Assembly (NCBI GenBank): GCA_032054765.1
Contig: DAMBSC010000009.1
Coordinates: forward strand, 104,948-168,947
Source: Tannerellaceae bacterium
GTDB taxonomy: Bacteria > Bacteroidota > Bacteroidia > Bacteroidales > Tannerellaceae
Reading direction: 5' to 3'
DNA length: 64,000 bases
Under the pieces are notes generated by a model, which saw only the letters and a program-made list of their open reading frames with translations, searched no databases and was not told where the DNA came from. Of this stretch, positions 18,474-27,349 are shown one piece after another. The position numbers and the translations under genes are program-made. Positions within the stretch are counted from its first letter, which is position 1. Each line of letters starts with the position of its first letter.

Positions 18474-20618
18474 ATGAAAAGATTAATAAGTATTACACTG
18501 TTATCCGTTTGTGTACTCGTGCAGGCACAGGCGCAAAGCATCATTCAGGGGAATGATGGAAAGTCATGGACATTGAGAACAAAATCAGCAGTCTATCATA
18601 TCAAAGCCTCAGACTCATCTCCCTTACAAATGATGTTCTTTGGCGATAAGAGTCAGGAAATAGGACTTTTGAAAAATGCCATTGGCGAAGAAATCACCGT
18701 ACGTGGAGGGTATTCCGAAACAACTCCTATGCTGGAAGTCATTTTCCCTGACAAGGTCAGAGACATCGAATTGGTCTTCGACAAGGCAGAGATACGGGAT
18801 ATCGATGGATATAAAGCATTAGTGATAACCCAGAAAGATAAATTCTATCCTTTACAGGTGAAAGAATATCTGCGGGTTCTCCCCGAATACGATGTGATAG
18901 AAAAATGGATGGAGATTGAGAATACAGGGAAAAAGGGCAATATTAAAGTGGAAAATGCCCAATCCGGAACCTTCTTCCTTCCTAAAGATTTATATGAACT
19001 AACGCATCTATCAGGAAGATGGGGACATGAATTCCAGCAAAACGTAACGAAACTTACCCAGGGAGTAAAGACACTTCAGGTAAAAGATTTCAAATCGTAC
19101 GGATCATCTTTCTTTGCCGTTCGACCGGAAGGCGAATATGCCGAGACAGAAGGTGAAGTATGGTTCGGTACACTTCATTACAGCGGTAACTGGAGAGTAG
19201 ACGTGGAAAATAACTTAAACGGAGGACTTCAAGTGACCAGCGGTATCAACTTCTGGGATCAGGAAGTCTCCTTAAAGCCGGCTCAGCCTTTCACTACACC
19301 TAAAATGACGATAGGTTATACCCGCAAGGGTATGGAAGGTGTTTCTCAAAACCTCACTTCTTACACAAGAGAAAAGATACTGCCTGTTCAGCACCGGAAC
19401 GAAATCCGTCCGGTATTGTATAACAGTTGGTACGCTACCACCTTCGGTGTGAATGAAGAACAGCAACTTGCTTTGGCTAAAATCGCGAAGGATATCGGAG
19501 TAGAGATGTTCGTTATCGACGATGGTTGGTTCAAAGGACGTATCAACGACCATGGAGGATTAGGAGACTGGACGGTGGATAAAAATAAATTCCCTAACGG
19601 TCTTCAACCTATGATCGAGAAGATCAATGCGCTGGGTCTCGACTTCGGTATCTGGATAGAGCCCGAAATGGTAAATCCGAACAGCGATCTATACCGGGCA
19701 CATCCCGACTGGGTATTCCACTATCCTAACCGCATCCGCCATGAAGGACGGAACCAACTAATATTAAACCTCTCACGGGAAGATGTATACAATTATTTGT
19801 ATAACAGCTTTCATACGCTACTAAAAGAAAACAACATTAAATTTATCAAATGGGATATGAATAAAACGCTGACCGATCCCGGATTTCCTTCGGCCAAAGA
19901 GGATGAACAAAGAGCCGTACGCATTAAATACATAGACAACTTATACCGGTTGATCAATGCGCTACGCACAGAGTTTCCCGACGTTTGGTTTGAGAGTTGT
20001 TCAAGTGGAGGAGGACGTGTTGATCTGGGAATAATGGCATATACCGATTTCAACTGGGCAAGTGATAACACCGATCCGGTAGACCGTATATTTATACAGC
20101 ATTCCTATTTGAACGCATTCCCTTCAAACACCATGATTAGTTGGATCACACATGAAGACTGGCACAACCAGAACCATTCGTTGGAATATAAGTTTGATGT
20201 GTCGATGGCGGGAGTATTAGGTATCGGATACGATATTACTAAATGGAACGATAAGGAAAAAGCAATAGCCAAAGAGAAGATCGCTCAATATAAAGAGATT
20301 CGGAAAACCCAGCAATTCGGCAACCATTACCGGCTGGTTTCTCCTTATGAAATGAACAAGAGTATTCTGCAATTCGTAAACAAAGACCTGTCTGAAAGCA
20401 TTGTCTACGTGTACAATTTAGCGGAATATCCCGATAGCTTTACCTCAGAAACAAAACGAAAAAGATCGGTTTGTCTGAGAGGCCTCGATCCCAACCGTAC
20501 CTACAAAATAGAAGGAATGGAAGGAACCTTCAAAGGCGATTATCTATTAAATAGCGGAATAGAGTTTCCGGTAAGAGGCGGATTTAAAAGCCGTATTTTC
20601 AAAATTACAGCACAATAA
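18474..20618 (+). CDS. Alpha-galactosidase, glycoside hydrolase family 36, secreted
   Basis: Signal peptide, then GH36 catalytic-region motifs (NSWYATTFGVNEEQ, FVIDDGWFKGR, KWDMNKTLTD, CSSGGGRVD). Confidence 0.85.
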   Translation: MKRLISITLLSVCVLVQAQAQSIIQGNDGKSWTLRTKSAVYHIKASDSSPLQMMFFGDKSQEIGLLKNAIGEEITVRGGYSETTPMLEVIFPDKVRDIELVFDKAEIRDIDGYKALVITQKDKFYPLQVKEYLRVLPEYDVIEKWMEIENTGKKGNIKVENAQSGTFFLPKDLYELTHLSGRWGHEFQQNVTKLTQGVKTLQVKDFKSYGSSFFAVRPEGEYAETEGEVWFGTLHYSGNWRVDVENNLNGGLQVTSGINFWDQEVSLKPAQPFTTPKMTIGYTRKGMEGVSQNLTSYTREKILPVQHRNEIRPVLYNSWYATTFGVNEEQQLALAKIAKDIGVEMFVIDDGWFKGRINDHGGLGDWTVDKNKFPNGLQPMIEKINALGLDFGIWIEPEMVNPNSDLYRAHPDWVFHYPNRIRHEGRNQLILNLSREDVYNYLYNSFHTLLKENNIKFIKWDMNKTLTDPGFPSAKEDEQRAVRIKYIDNLYRLINALRTEFPDVWFESCSSGGGRVDLGIMAYTDFNWASDNTDPVDRIFIQHSYLNAFPSNTMISWITHEDWHNQNHSLEYKFDVSMAGVLGIGYDITKWNDKEKAIAKEKIAQYKEIRKTQQFGNHYRLVSPYEMNKSILQFVNKDLSESIVYVYNLAEYPDSFTSETKRKRSVCLRGLDPNRTYKIEGMEGTFKGDYLLNSGIEFPVRGGFKSRIFKITAQ

Positions 20619-20645
20619 AAAAGATCATTAAAATCTAAATAAATC

Positions 20646-23441
20646 ATGAAACAGGTTATCTCTTTTCTTATTCTCTTACTGTTCTGCTCTTGTCAGCTAC
20701 AGCAAACAGAACGTATCTTCCTGGCCGGTACATGGCAGGTAAAACTTGATCCTACCGATATAGGAACAGACGGACAATGGTATAACAGCCCGTTTGAAGA
20801 CCCCATAACCCTACCCGGTTCTTTACAGGAACAAGGTTTCGGAGATGATATAGATATAAATACCCACTGGACCGGACAGGTAGTGGATAGTTCATGGTAT
20901 TATGCCCCCGAATACGAAAAGTTCAGGCAAAAAGGAAATATCAAAGTACCTTTCTGGTTGAATCCTGTAAAACATTATGTCGGTGTAGCATGGTATCAGA
21001 AAGAAATAGAAGTACCTGCCGGTTGGAAAGAAAAGAACCTATTGCTCGAACTCGAACGTACGCATTGGGAAACAACACTATATATCGACGGCAACAAAGT
21101 AGATCATCAGGACGCATTATCAACCCCTCACCGCTATGCACTTACTGGCATAAAACCAGGAAAACACACACTAACCATTAAAGTAGACAACCGGGTAAAT
21201 ATACCGGTCGGGTTCAATGCGCACAGCGTTTCCGATCATACCCAAAGCAACTGGAACGGCATCACGGGCAACATATCCCTGTCTGTCAAACCCTCGGTCT
21301 ATGTTGATGATGTACAAGTCTATCCGAATATAGCAGATAAGAATGTAAGGGTGAATATAGCCCTGAAAGGAAAACCGGCAACCGGCAGTGCAAGCCTCGA
21401 TCTTCAACTGGAAACAATGAATGGCGAACCCGTCGGAACACCCTTTTCACTTCAACTTGAGGAAACTACTCAAACCATTTCGGGTACTATGGTTGCAGGA
21501 GATGTAAAACTATGGTCGGAACATACCCCCAACCTGTATCGCCTGAAAACCACCTTAACCTACGACGGAGAAAAAGAAGAACGGTATACTCAGTTTGGTT
21601 TCCGCGATTTCAAAGGAGAAGGAACACGTTTCCATGTAAACGGAAAACCCATATTCCTGCGTGGTACACTGGAATGTTGTATATTCCCATTGACCGGCTA
21701 TCCTTCAATGGACAGCAAGTATTGGGAAAAGATATACCGTACCTGTAAAGAATTCGGTTTGAATCATGTTCGTTTCCATTCCTGGTGTCCTCCCGAAGTG
21801 GCTTTCAACGTTGCAGACAGTATGGGTATTTATTTACAGGTAGAATGTGCCGCCTGGGCAACAGTAGGCGACGGGGAATACATAGATGAATGGATCTATG
21901 CGGAAGGCGATCGGATATTAAAAGAATACGGCAACCACCCTTCATTCTGTTTGATGACATACGGAAATGAGCCGGGCGGAGGAAATCAGGTTGAATACCT
22001 GTCAGCGTTAGTCGACTACTGGAAGAAGAAAGACAACAGAAGAGTCTATACAAGTGCCGGTGGATGGCCCTATATAGAAAATGCGGATTACTGGAATGCC
22101 CCTGATCCACGCATCCAGGGATGGGGTGAAGGACTGAGAAGTATTATCAATGCCCAGCCTCCTCGGTCAGATTATGACTTTGCCCATATCATAAAAAAGA
22201 ATATGCCGACCGTAAGCCATGAGATCGGCCAATGGTGTGTATATCCCAACTTTAAGGAAATCGATAAATATACAGGTGTGCTTAAAGCTAAAAACTTTGA
22301 GATTTTCAAGGAAACGTTAGAAAATAACCATATGGGGCACCTGGCCGACGATTTCCTGTATGCTTCCGGTAAACTCCAGGCCCTTTGCTACAAAGCTGAT
22401 ATCGAAGCCGCCCTGCGTACTCCCGGATTTGCAGGATTCCAGCTGCTCGACCTGCACGACTTCCCGGGACAAGGTACCGCTCTGGTAGGCGTACTGGATG
22501 CTTTCTGGGATACCAAAGGATATATCGATGGTAAGGGATTCAGTATGTTCTCCAATCAGACTGTGCCACTTATCCGCTTCCCTAAGATGGTATGGTTGAA
22601 CAACGAACGGATGAATGTACCTGTGGAGTTTGCCCACTTCGGGGAAAAGCCGATCAGCAATGCCAACATTGTCTGGACGGCCATAACATCTGATAACCGT
22701 TTTATCGGGAAAGGAAATTTCACCAAAGACCTTTCATTGGACAATTGCATTCCGGTAGGTAATATTGATATATTATTTGATCAATTGAAAGAGCCTACCC
22801 AAGTGACAGTAACTGTACAAATAGACGATCTAAATGTAAAGAATCAATGGAACATCTGGGTATATCCCGCACAAAAGCAGCCCATAAGTAATTCTCCTTA
22901 TATCGCCTCCAAATTCGATAATACAGTAATGGATAGACTGAATGAAGGAGAATCGGTGCTGGTTATTTCTCCTAAAGAAAATGTCTTACCTGAAAAGGGA
23001 GGAGATATTGCCGTCGGCTTCTCAAGCATTTTCTGGAATACAGCCTGGACGAGGAATCAGCCACCTCACACATTAGGTATATTATGCGATCCGAAACACC
23101 CTGCACTATCTGCTTTCCCGAACGAAGGATACAGCGATTATCAATGGTGGGATATCGTATCCTCCTGCGATGCCATGATAATGAATGATTTCCCCTCAGA
23201 CTTCAAACCAATCATCTACCTAATCGATGACTGGTTCAAAAACAGACGCCTGGGCATCCTCTTCGAAGCCAAAGTAGGCAACGGAAAGCTAATGGTATGC
23301 AGCGCAGACCTGAACAAAGATCTAACAAACAGACCGGCCGCCGCCCAATTTAAACAAAGCATCCTGGAATATATGTCTTCCGACAAATTTAACCCCCAAA
23401 ATGAGGTTAAGCCGGAAGTAATAAAGGGATTATTCAAATAA
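20646..23441 (+). CDS. Glycoside hydrolase family 2 protein (beta-galactosidase/beta-mannosidase-like) lipoprotein
   Basis: Lipoprotein signal (LLLLFCSC), GH2 sugar-binding N-terminal domain (HYVGVAWYQKEIEVPAGWKEKNLLLELERTHWETTLYIDGNKV), and TIM-barrel region (VRFHSWCPPE, MTYGNEPGG). Confidence 0.75.
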   Translation: MKQVISFLILLLFCSCQLQQTERIFLAGTWQVKLDPTDIGTDGQWYNSPFEDPITLPGSLQEQGFGDDIDINTHWTGQVVDSSWYYAPEYEKFRQKGNIKVPFWLNPVKHYVGVAWYQKEIEVPAGWKEKNLLLELERTHWETTLYIDGNKVDHQDALSTPHRYALTGIKPGKHTLTIKVDNRVNIPVGFNAHSVSDHTQSNWNGITGNISLSVKPSVYVDDVQVYPNIADKNVRVNIALKGKPATGSASLDLQLETMNGEPVGTPFSLQLEETTQTISGTMVAGDVKLWSEHTPNLYRLKTTLTYDGEKEERYTQFGFRDFKGEGTRFHVNGKPIFLRGTLECCIFPLTGYPSMDSKYWEKIYRTCKEFGLNHVRFHSWCPPEVAFNVADSMGIYLQVECAAWATVGDGEYIDEWIYAEGDRILKEYGNHPSFCLMTYGNEPGGGNQVEYLSALVDYWKKKDNRRVYTSAGGWPYIENADYWNAPDPRIQGWGEGLRSIINAQPPRSDYDFAHIIKKNMPTVSHEIGQWCVYPNFKEIDKYTGVLKAKNFEIFKETLENNHMGHLADDFLYASGKLQALCYKADIEAALRTPGFAGFQLLDLHDFPGQGTALVGVLDAFWDTKGYIDGKGFSMFSNQTVPLIRFPKMVWLNNERMNVPVEFAHFGEKPISNANIVWTAITSDNRFIGKGNFTKDLSLDNCIPVGNIDILFDQLKEPTQVTVTVQIDDLNVKNQWNIWVYPAQKQPISNSPYIASKFDNTVMDRLNEGESVLVISPKENVLPEKGGDIAVGFSSIFWNTAWTRNQPPHTLGILCDPKHPALSAFPNEGYSDYQWWDIVSSCDAMIMNDFPSDFKPIIYLIDDWFKNRRLGILFEAKVGNGKLMVCSADLNKDLTNRPAAAQFKQSILEYMSSDKFNPQNEVKPEVIKGLFK

Positions 23442-23467
23442 AATATCTCCCTCTCACATTTTGCCCC

Positions 23468-23519
23468 GTCCACCTGACCCTCTGACGCTACCATAAAGAC
23501 AGAGGGTCAAGAGGTGGAC
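23468..23519. terminator. Bidirectional terminator hairpin (GTCCACCTGACCCTCTG ... CAGAGGGTCAAGAGGTGGAC) between convergent genes
   Basis: 17-20 bp imperfect inverted repeat read directly. Confidence 0.5.
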
Positions 23520-23523
23520 ACTA

Positions 23524-24672
23524 TTAATCGATATGTGTCATATCCGGCAGGGAAGCGCCGTCAAATACAGCTAATGTAATATCTTCCTTAATCACCATCG
23601 CGGGAGCGTTATATACTCCTTTAAATGGCATATCAAAGAATCCGCCGGGCTTGTATTGTCCTACTGTCAATCCGGTAACTACCGGATCGGTGCCTTCCGA
23701 CATCAAAAAGCTGAGTATCGGAAAATCATATATATTTCCATCTTCATCTACCATCCGCACAACGCCTCCTACGGCTACAGGATGAAGTACAATTGCAAAA
23801 TGAACCGCATCTTGTGCTTTAAAACTCATTTTTTTTCCTCCCGGGCCATCCGGATCTGAGGTAATCTGTTCGCTGATTATCAGATGAGGAATGTTCGACG
23901 GATTAGGCAATGGAGGAGTCTCTTCTGATTTCGATACGGTATAATTTGAATGCCTGGCCAAATTTTTGGCCGCAGTATTAAGATATGAATTAATTGTATC
24001 GATCAAGTCACCTATCACCGGCAGTAGTTCCGAGTCGGGTGACACCATTATCGTATTGTTGTAACTGGATACTAGACCGTTGGCCACTGCGTCGAATGCC
24101 AGGTCCGTTTGGTGACGGGCAATGGCCAGCTTCGGCAACCGGCTCATATAGACCTCTTTCGATCGCGTACGGTATAACTCCTTAAAGGTATTGTTTTGTT
24201 CTTCCAGCAACGTAACGGTTTCTGTAAGACGGAGCAATGCCAGGGCATCTGTATATGTCTCTTTTTTCAGGTCGTCGACCAGATTGGTGATTAAACTTGA
24301 ATTTTCCGTATATGATTTATTGCCTGCCTCTTTATAAACCAGTAGCCTTTGCATTAGTAACAGAGCTGCTTCTTTTTCAGCAACTATCTTACTGTATGTG
24401 AAATACTCCGCCGTACGATTTATCTCCCGCAATGTTTCGCAGCGTAAGGTATCCATCTCTTTTATTTCAACTGTTCCCGGTTGCTTCTGGCTCTCTTTAT
24501 ATTCCTCGTCTTCAACCACAAAGCCGGCTATATAAATATTCCACAGGGGAGTAATCCCCGGAATAAGCATATGCTTATCTTTTCCGTAAGAGAGGATCGC
24601 GTCGTGTGTGTCGAAATGTTCGTCGTTTCTTAGTTTTTCCAACATTCCCATGTAAGCGTGAATCTTTTTCAT
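23524..24672 (-). CDS. Hypothetical cytoplasmic protein, 382 aa, no recognisable domain
   Basis: Long ORF with good coding character; no signal peptide or TM segment; no motif I can assign. It lies immediately downstream of a small AraC-HTH gene on the same strand. Confidence 0.4.
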   Translation of the reverse strand: MKKIHAYMGMLEKLRNDEHFDTHDAILSYGKDKHMLIPGITPLWNIYIAGFVVEDEEYKESQKQPGTVEIKEMDTLRCETLREINRTAEYFTYSKIVAEKEAALLLMQRLLVYKEAGNKSYTENSSLITNLVDDLKKETYTDALALLRLTETVTLLEEQNNTFKELYRTRSKEVYMSRLPKLAIARHQTDLAFDAVANGLVSSYNNTIMVSPDSELLPVIGDLIDTINSYLNTAAKNLARHSNYTVSKSEETPPLPNPSNIPHLIISEQITSDPDGPGGKKMSFKAQDAVHFAIVLHPVAVGGVVRMVDEDGNIYDFPILSFLMSEGTDPVVTGLTVGQYKPGGFFDMPFKGVYNAPAMVIKEDITLAVFDGASLPDMTHID

Positions 24673-24700
24673 ACAAATTGTATTTAGTTAGTAGCAATGA

Positions 24701-25186
24701 TTAATAATAAATGATCTTATAGGTCACTTCTTTTTCAACCTTACGCCCTGCCTTGCGGAACTCGGTAGGCGATAGATGTTTTATTCTTTTAAAAAAACCA
24801 TAGAAGGAAGAGGAACTCTTAAAACCCAACTTAAAAGCGACCTCTTTAACTGACAACATCGTATGTAGTAAAATCCACTGAGCATCAGCTATTACCAGAT
24901 GATCTTTAAAAGCAGCGGCAGTATAGTCGGTAAATGTTTTTACCGTTCGGTTCAGTTCATCCAGCGTGATATTCATACTCTCGGCATAACGCCTTAAATA
25001 ATCATTTCTACGCGCGCGGATCTGGCTGGCAAAATTGTCTATAACATCATTTCCTGACGGACGAAGCGGTGTATCATCTTCTATAGGCGCGGTCCAGATA
25101 TCTCCCAAAGTAATTTTTTTAATTGAGCTCATAAGCCTTAGAGTTTTTTTGTTCGAGTTTTTTATAAATTCAGATATTACTGTCAC
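24701..25186 (-). CDS. Small AraC-type helix-turn-helix domain protein
   Basis: C-terminal single AraC HTH (LSVKEVAFKLGFKSSSSFYGFFKRIKHLSPTEFRKAG). The N-terminal about 80 aa are unassigned. An alternative start is at 25132. Confidence 0.55.
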   Translation of the reverse strand: MTVISEFIKNSNKKTLRLMSSIKKITLGDIWTAPIEDDTPLRPSGNDVIDNFASQIRARRNDYLRRYAESMNITLDELNRTVKTFTDYTAAAFKDHLVIADAQWILLHTMLSVKEVAFKLGFKSSSSFYGFFKRIKHLSPTEFRKAGRKVEKEVTYKIIYY

Positions 25187-25240
25187 AAGATATGGATTAA
25201 TTTATAACAATTGTGTTAACAAATAAGATAAAATATTTCC

Positions 25241-25452
25241 ACGAATCATATTATTAAAAAGATTCGTGAACCGACCGGTTGACGAATGGTTTTTCTCCAA
25301 ATGATTCGTGAACCGCCCGGTGGACGAATGGTTTTTCTCCAGATGATTCGCGCATCCGCTGGTAGACGAATCCTTTCATCTCAAACAATTAGCGTACCGC
25401 CCGTCGGATGAATCTTTTTTATTTCAAACGATTCGCGCACAAGTTTATACGG
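25241..25452. repeat. Four to five degenerate tandem copies of an about-42-bp unit (GATTCGTGAACCGaCCGGTtGACGAATGGTTTTTCTCCaaAT), each containing an internal inverted repeat (ATTCGT ... ACGAAT)
   Basis: Read directly: units at 25261-25302 and 25303-25344 (near identical), degenerate copies at 25345-25391 and 25392-25445, and a flanking ACGAATC/GATTCGT inverted repeat at 25241-25268. Located in the divergent intergenic region between the AraC-HTH gene and the GLUG/T9SS gene. Confidence 0.6.
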
Positions 25453-25542
25453 TGATGAAAGTAGTAATCATTTGATTTTATAAATGGAATTAGTATATTT
25501 GTATCCTATTAACCGTGGTAACAATAAAAAATTATAATTGAA

Positions 25543-27324
25543 ATGAAAAAGCTATTTTTACTAATCCTAATTCTTTTTACAGCCGGATATCTTTCTGCCC
25601 AGTCAGGTAATTGGACAAGTTTTGCTACCGACTTTACAACTTCATCGGCTAATCAAAGTGCAGGTAGCGACGGCACACAGGCAAAACCCTGGATCATAAG
25701 TTCGGCTGAAGAGCTTGCCTTTTTAGCTGCTGAAATAAATGCCGGGAGCGATTTTAAAGGTGCATATATAAAGATTGCTGATGAGATTTCAGAAATAAAT
25801 CTGGGCGACCATTATTGGATTCCTATGGGGACCGAACCGTATCCTTTCGACGCAAATTTCGATGGAAACTTGAAGCCGATAAAAAATATGTTTGTAGATT
25901 CAAGCGAAAGTAGCAATTATCAGGAATGGTCGGGCTTATTCGGCTGGGTAGAAGGTGATTTATCTTTAAGAAATATTAGTATTGAAAGCGGTAAAGTGAC
26001 CGGTGGCGGTCAAGACAGTTCGCAAAGCGGTGCACTGATCGGAATACTTTATAATGATTCACAGAATAGTTACACAACGATTATCGAAAACTGTCATATA
26101 AAAGATTTTATAATCGAAGAAAAGGTTAATATCTCTTCTTATGATTCTTTTGCCGGAGGGATAATAGGAGTTATGAATTATATTAAGGGAAATTTTACGA
26201 TGAAAGGATGTAGTTTCGACGGCGTTATAACACAAAACAACAATGCCACAGATATATATGCCGGAGGAATAATAGGAGCGCTGGTGTATGAGAACATGAA
26301 TATGACAATCGAAAACTGTCATAGCCATGCAAGAATAACAGCATCGAATAGTAGTTCGTCGGGAGGATTAATAGGAGCTGTGGCAGACGAATCTGCAGTT
26401 ACGGTTTCATCCCTAATTCAGAATAATTTATTTACCGGAACTATAAACGGAAATTCGTCTGTTATCGGCGGTCTGATAGGAGATATAACCCTTAAAGGAA
26501 GCGGTCTTACAGTTAAAAATAATTTGGTATATATTCTTACCAACCTTCCAAAGATAGCGAATACAGGTAGAATTGCAGGAAAAAATACCGGAGCAACATT
26601 AACCGGAAATTATGCCTTCGTTACATGTAGCGATAAAAATGAAGCATCTCTTGATGGGGATGACTGGACAGGATTAATGGCAGAACAACCTGTTGCAGGC
26701 TGGGCGGACTGGACAAAAGATAATGATCCTGCATCTTTAATGCCTTACCTGGCAAACGGTCCTCAGGTTTCTTTTACAGGGTTTAACGCATGTCCTTCTA
26801 ATCCCACACCCCCGACTCCTCCGGTTGAACCGGTGGTGAATACTATAAAAATTCCGGTAGTGGAAGGCGCTACTACCTATCCTGCTGCCGGTGAATACCT
26901 GTTGGAGAACGGCTCCATTATGACGCTGCTGGTATTTCTACCCGATGATTACGACCAGAGTGATGTGAAGTTATTGATTGATGGCGATACGATTTATTCG
27001 GAAGAATCTAAGCTTCGTGCGCTTTCTTATACGTTTCTTGTCCCTGTCACTACGGATATGGAAATAAAAGTAGTAGGTATTGAGAAGAATAATCCTACGG
27101 GTATTGTTGAAAGCGCGAAAGTAGAAGGCGCGAAGGTATGGACTTCACCGGGACATATTCATGTTTTGCAGGATGTGGTAAGCGGTAAACAGAACGGAGT
27201 ACGTATTTATACCATGATGGGGCGGCTGGTATTTAGCAGTCAACTGTCAACTGTCAACTGTCAACTACCCTCCGGGCTTTACCTGGTGGTTGTGGGAGAT
27301 ACGGCAGTAAAGGTAGTGCTGTAA
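25543..27324 (+). CDS. Secreted cell-surface protein with GLUG-motif repeats and a C-terminal T9SS (Por) sorting domain
   Basis: Signal peptide, then repeated G-G-[IL]-I-G motifs (FAGGIIGV, YAGGIIGA, SGGLIGA, IGGLIGD) typical of GLUG repeats. The C-terminal about 80 aa (IYTMMGRLVFSSQL ... LYLVVVGDTAVKVVL) match a type-A T9SS C-terminal domain. Confidence 0.6.
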   Translation: MKKLFLLILILFTAGYLSAQSGNWTSFATDFTTSSANQSAGSDGTQAKPWIISSAEELAFLAAEINAGSDFKGAYIKIADEISEINLGDHYWIPMGTEPYPFDANFDGNLKPIKNMFVDSSESSNYQEWSGLFGWVEGDLSLRNISIESGKVTGGGQDSSQSGALIGILYNDSQNSYTTIIENCHIKDFIIEEKVNISSYDSFAGGIIGVMNYIKGNFTMKGCSFDGVITQNNNATDIYAGGIIGALVYENMNMTIENCHSHARITASNSSSSGGLIGAVADESAVTVSSLIQNNLFTGTINGNSSVIGGLIGDITLKGSGLTVKNNLVYILTNLPKIANTGRIAGKNTGATLTGNYAFVTCSDKNEASLDGDDWTGLMAEQPVAGWADWTKDNDPASLMPYLANGPQVSFTGFNACPSNPTPPTPPVEPVVNTIKIPVVEGATTYPAAGEYLLENGSIMTLLVFLPDDYDQSDVKLLIDGDTIYSEESKLRALSYTFLVPVTTDMEIKVVGIEKNNPTGIVESAKVEGAKVWTSPGHIHVLQDVVSGKQNGVRIYTMMGRLVFSSQLSTVNCQLPSGLYLVVVGDTAVKVVL

Positions 27325-27349
27325 TATTTATATCCTGATATGATATAAG

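Noticed and set aside
25241-25452. The tandem repeats were considered as a possible CRISPR array. The 47427-47580 repeats were considered likewise.
   Set aside because: The repeat units abut each other with no unique spacers, the unit lengths of 42 and 22 bp do not fit a repeat-spacer structure, and no cas genes are present anywhere in the window.
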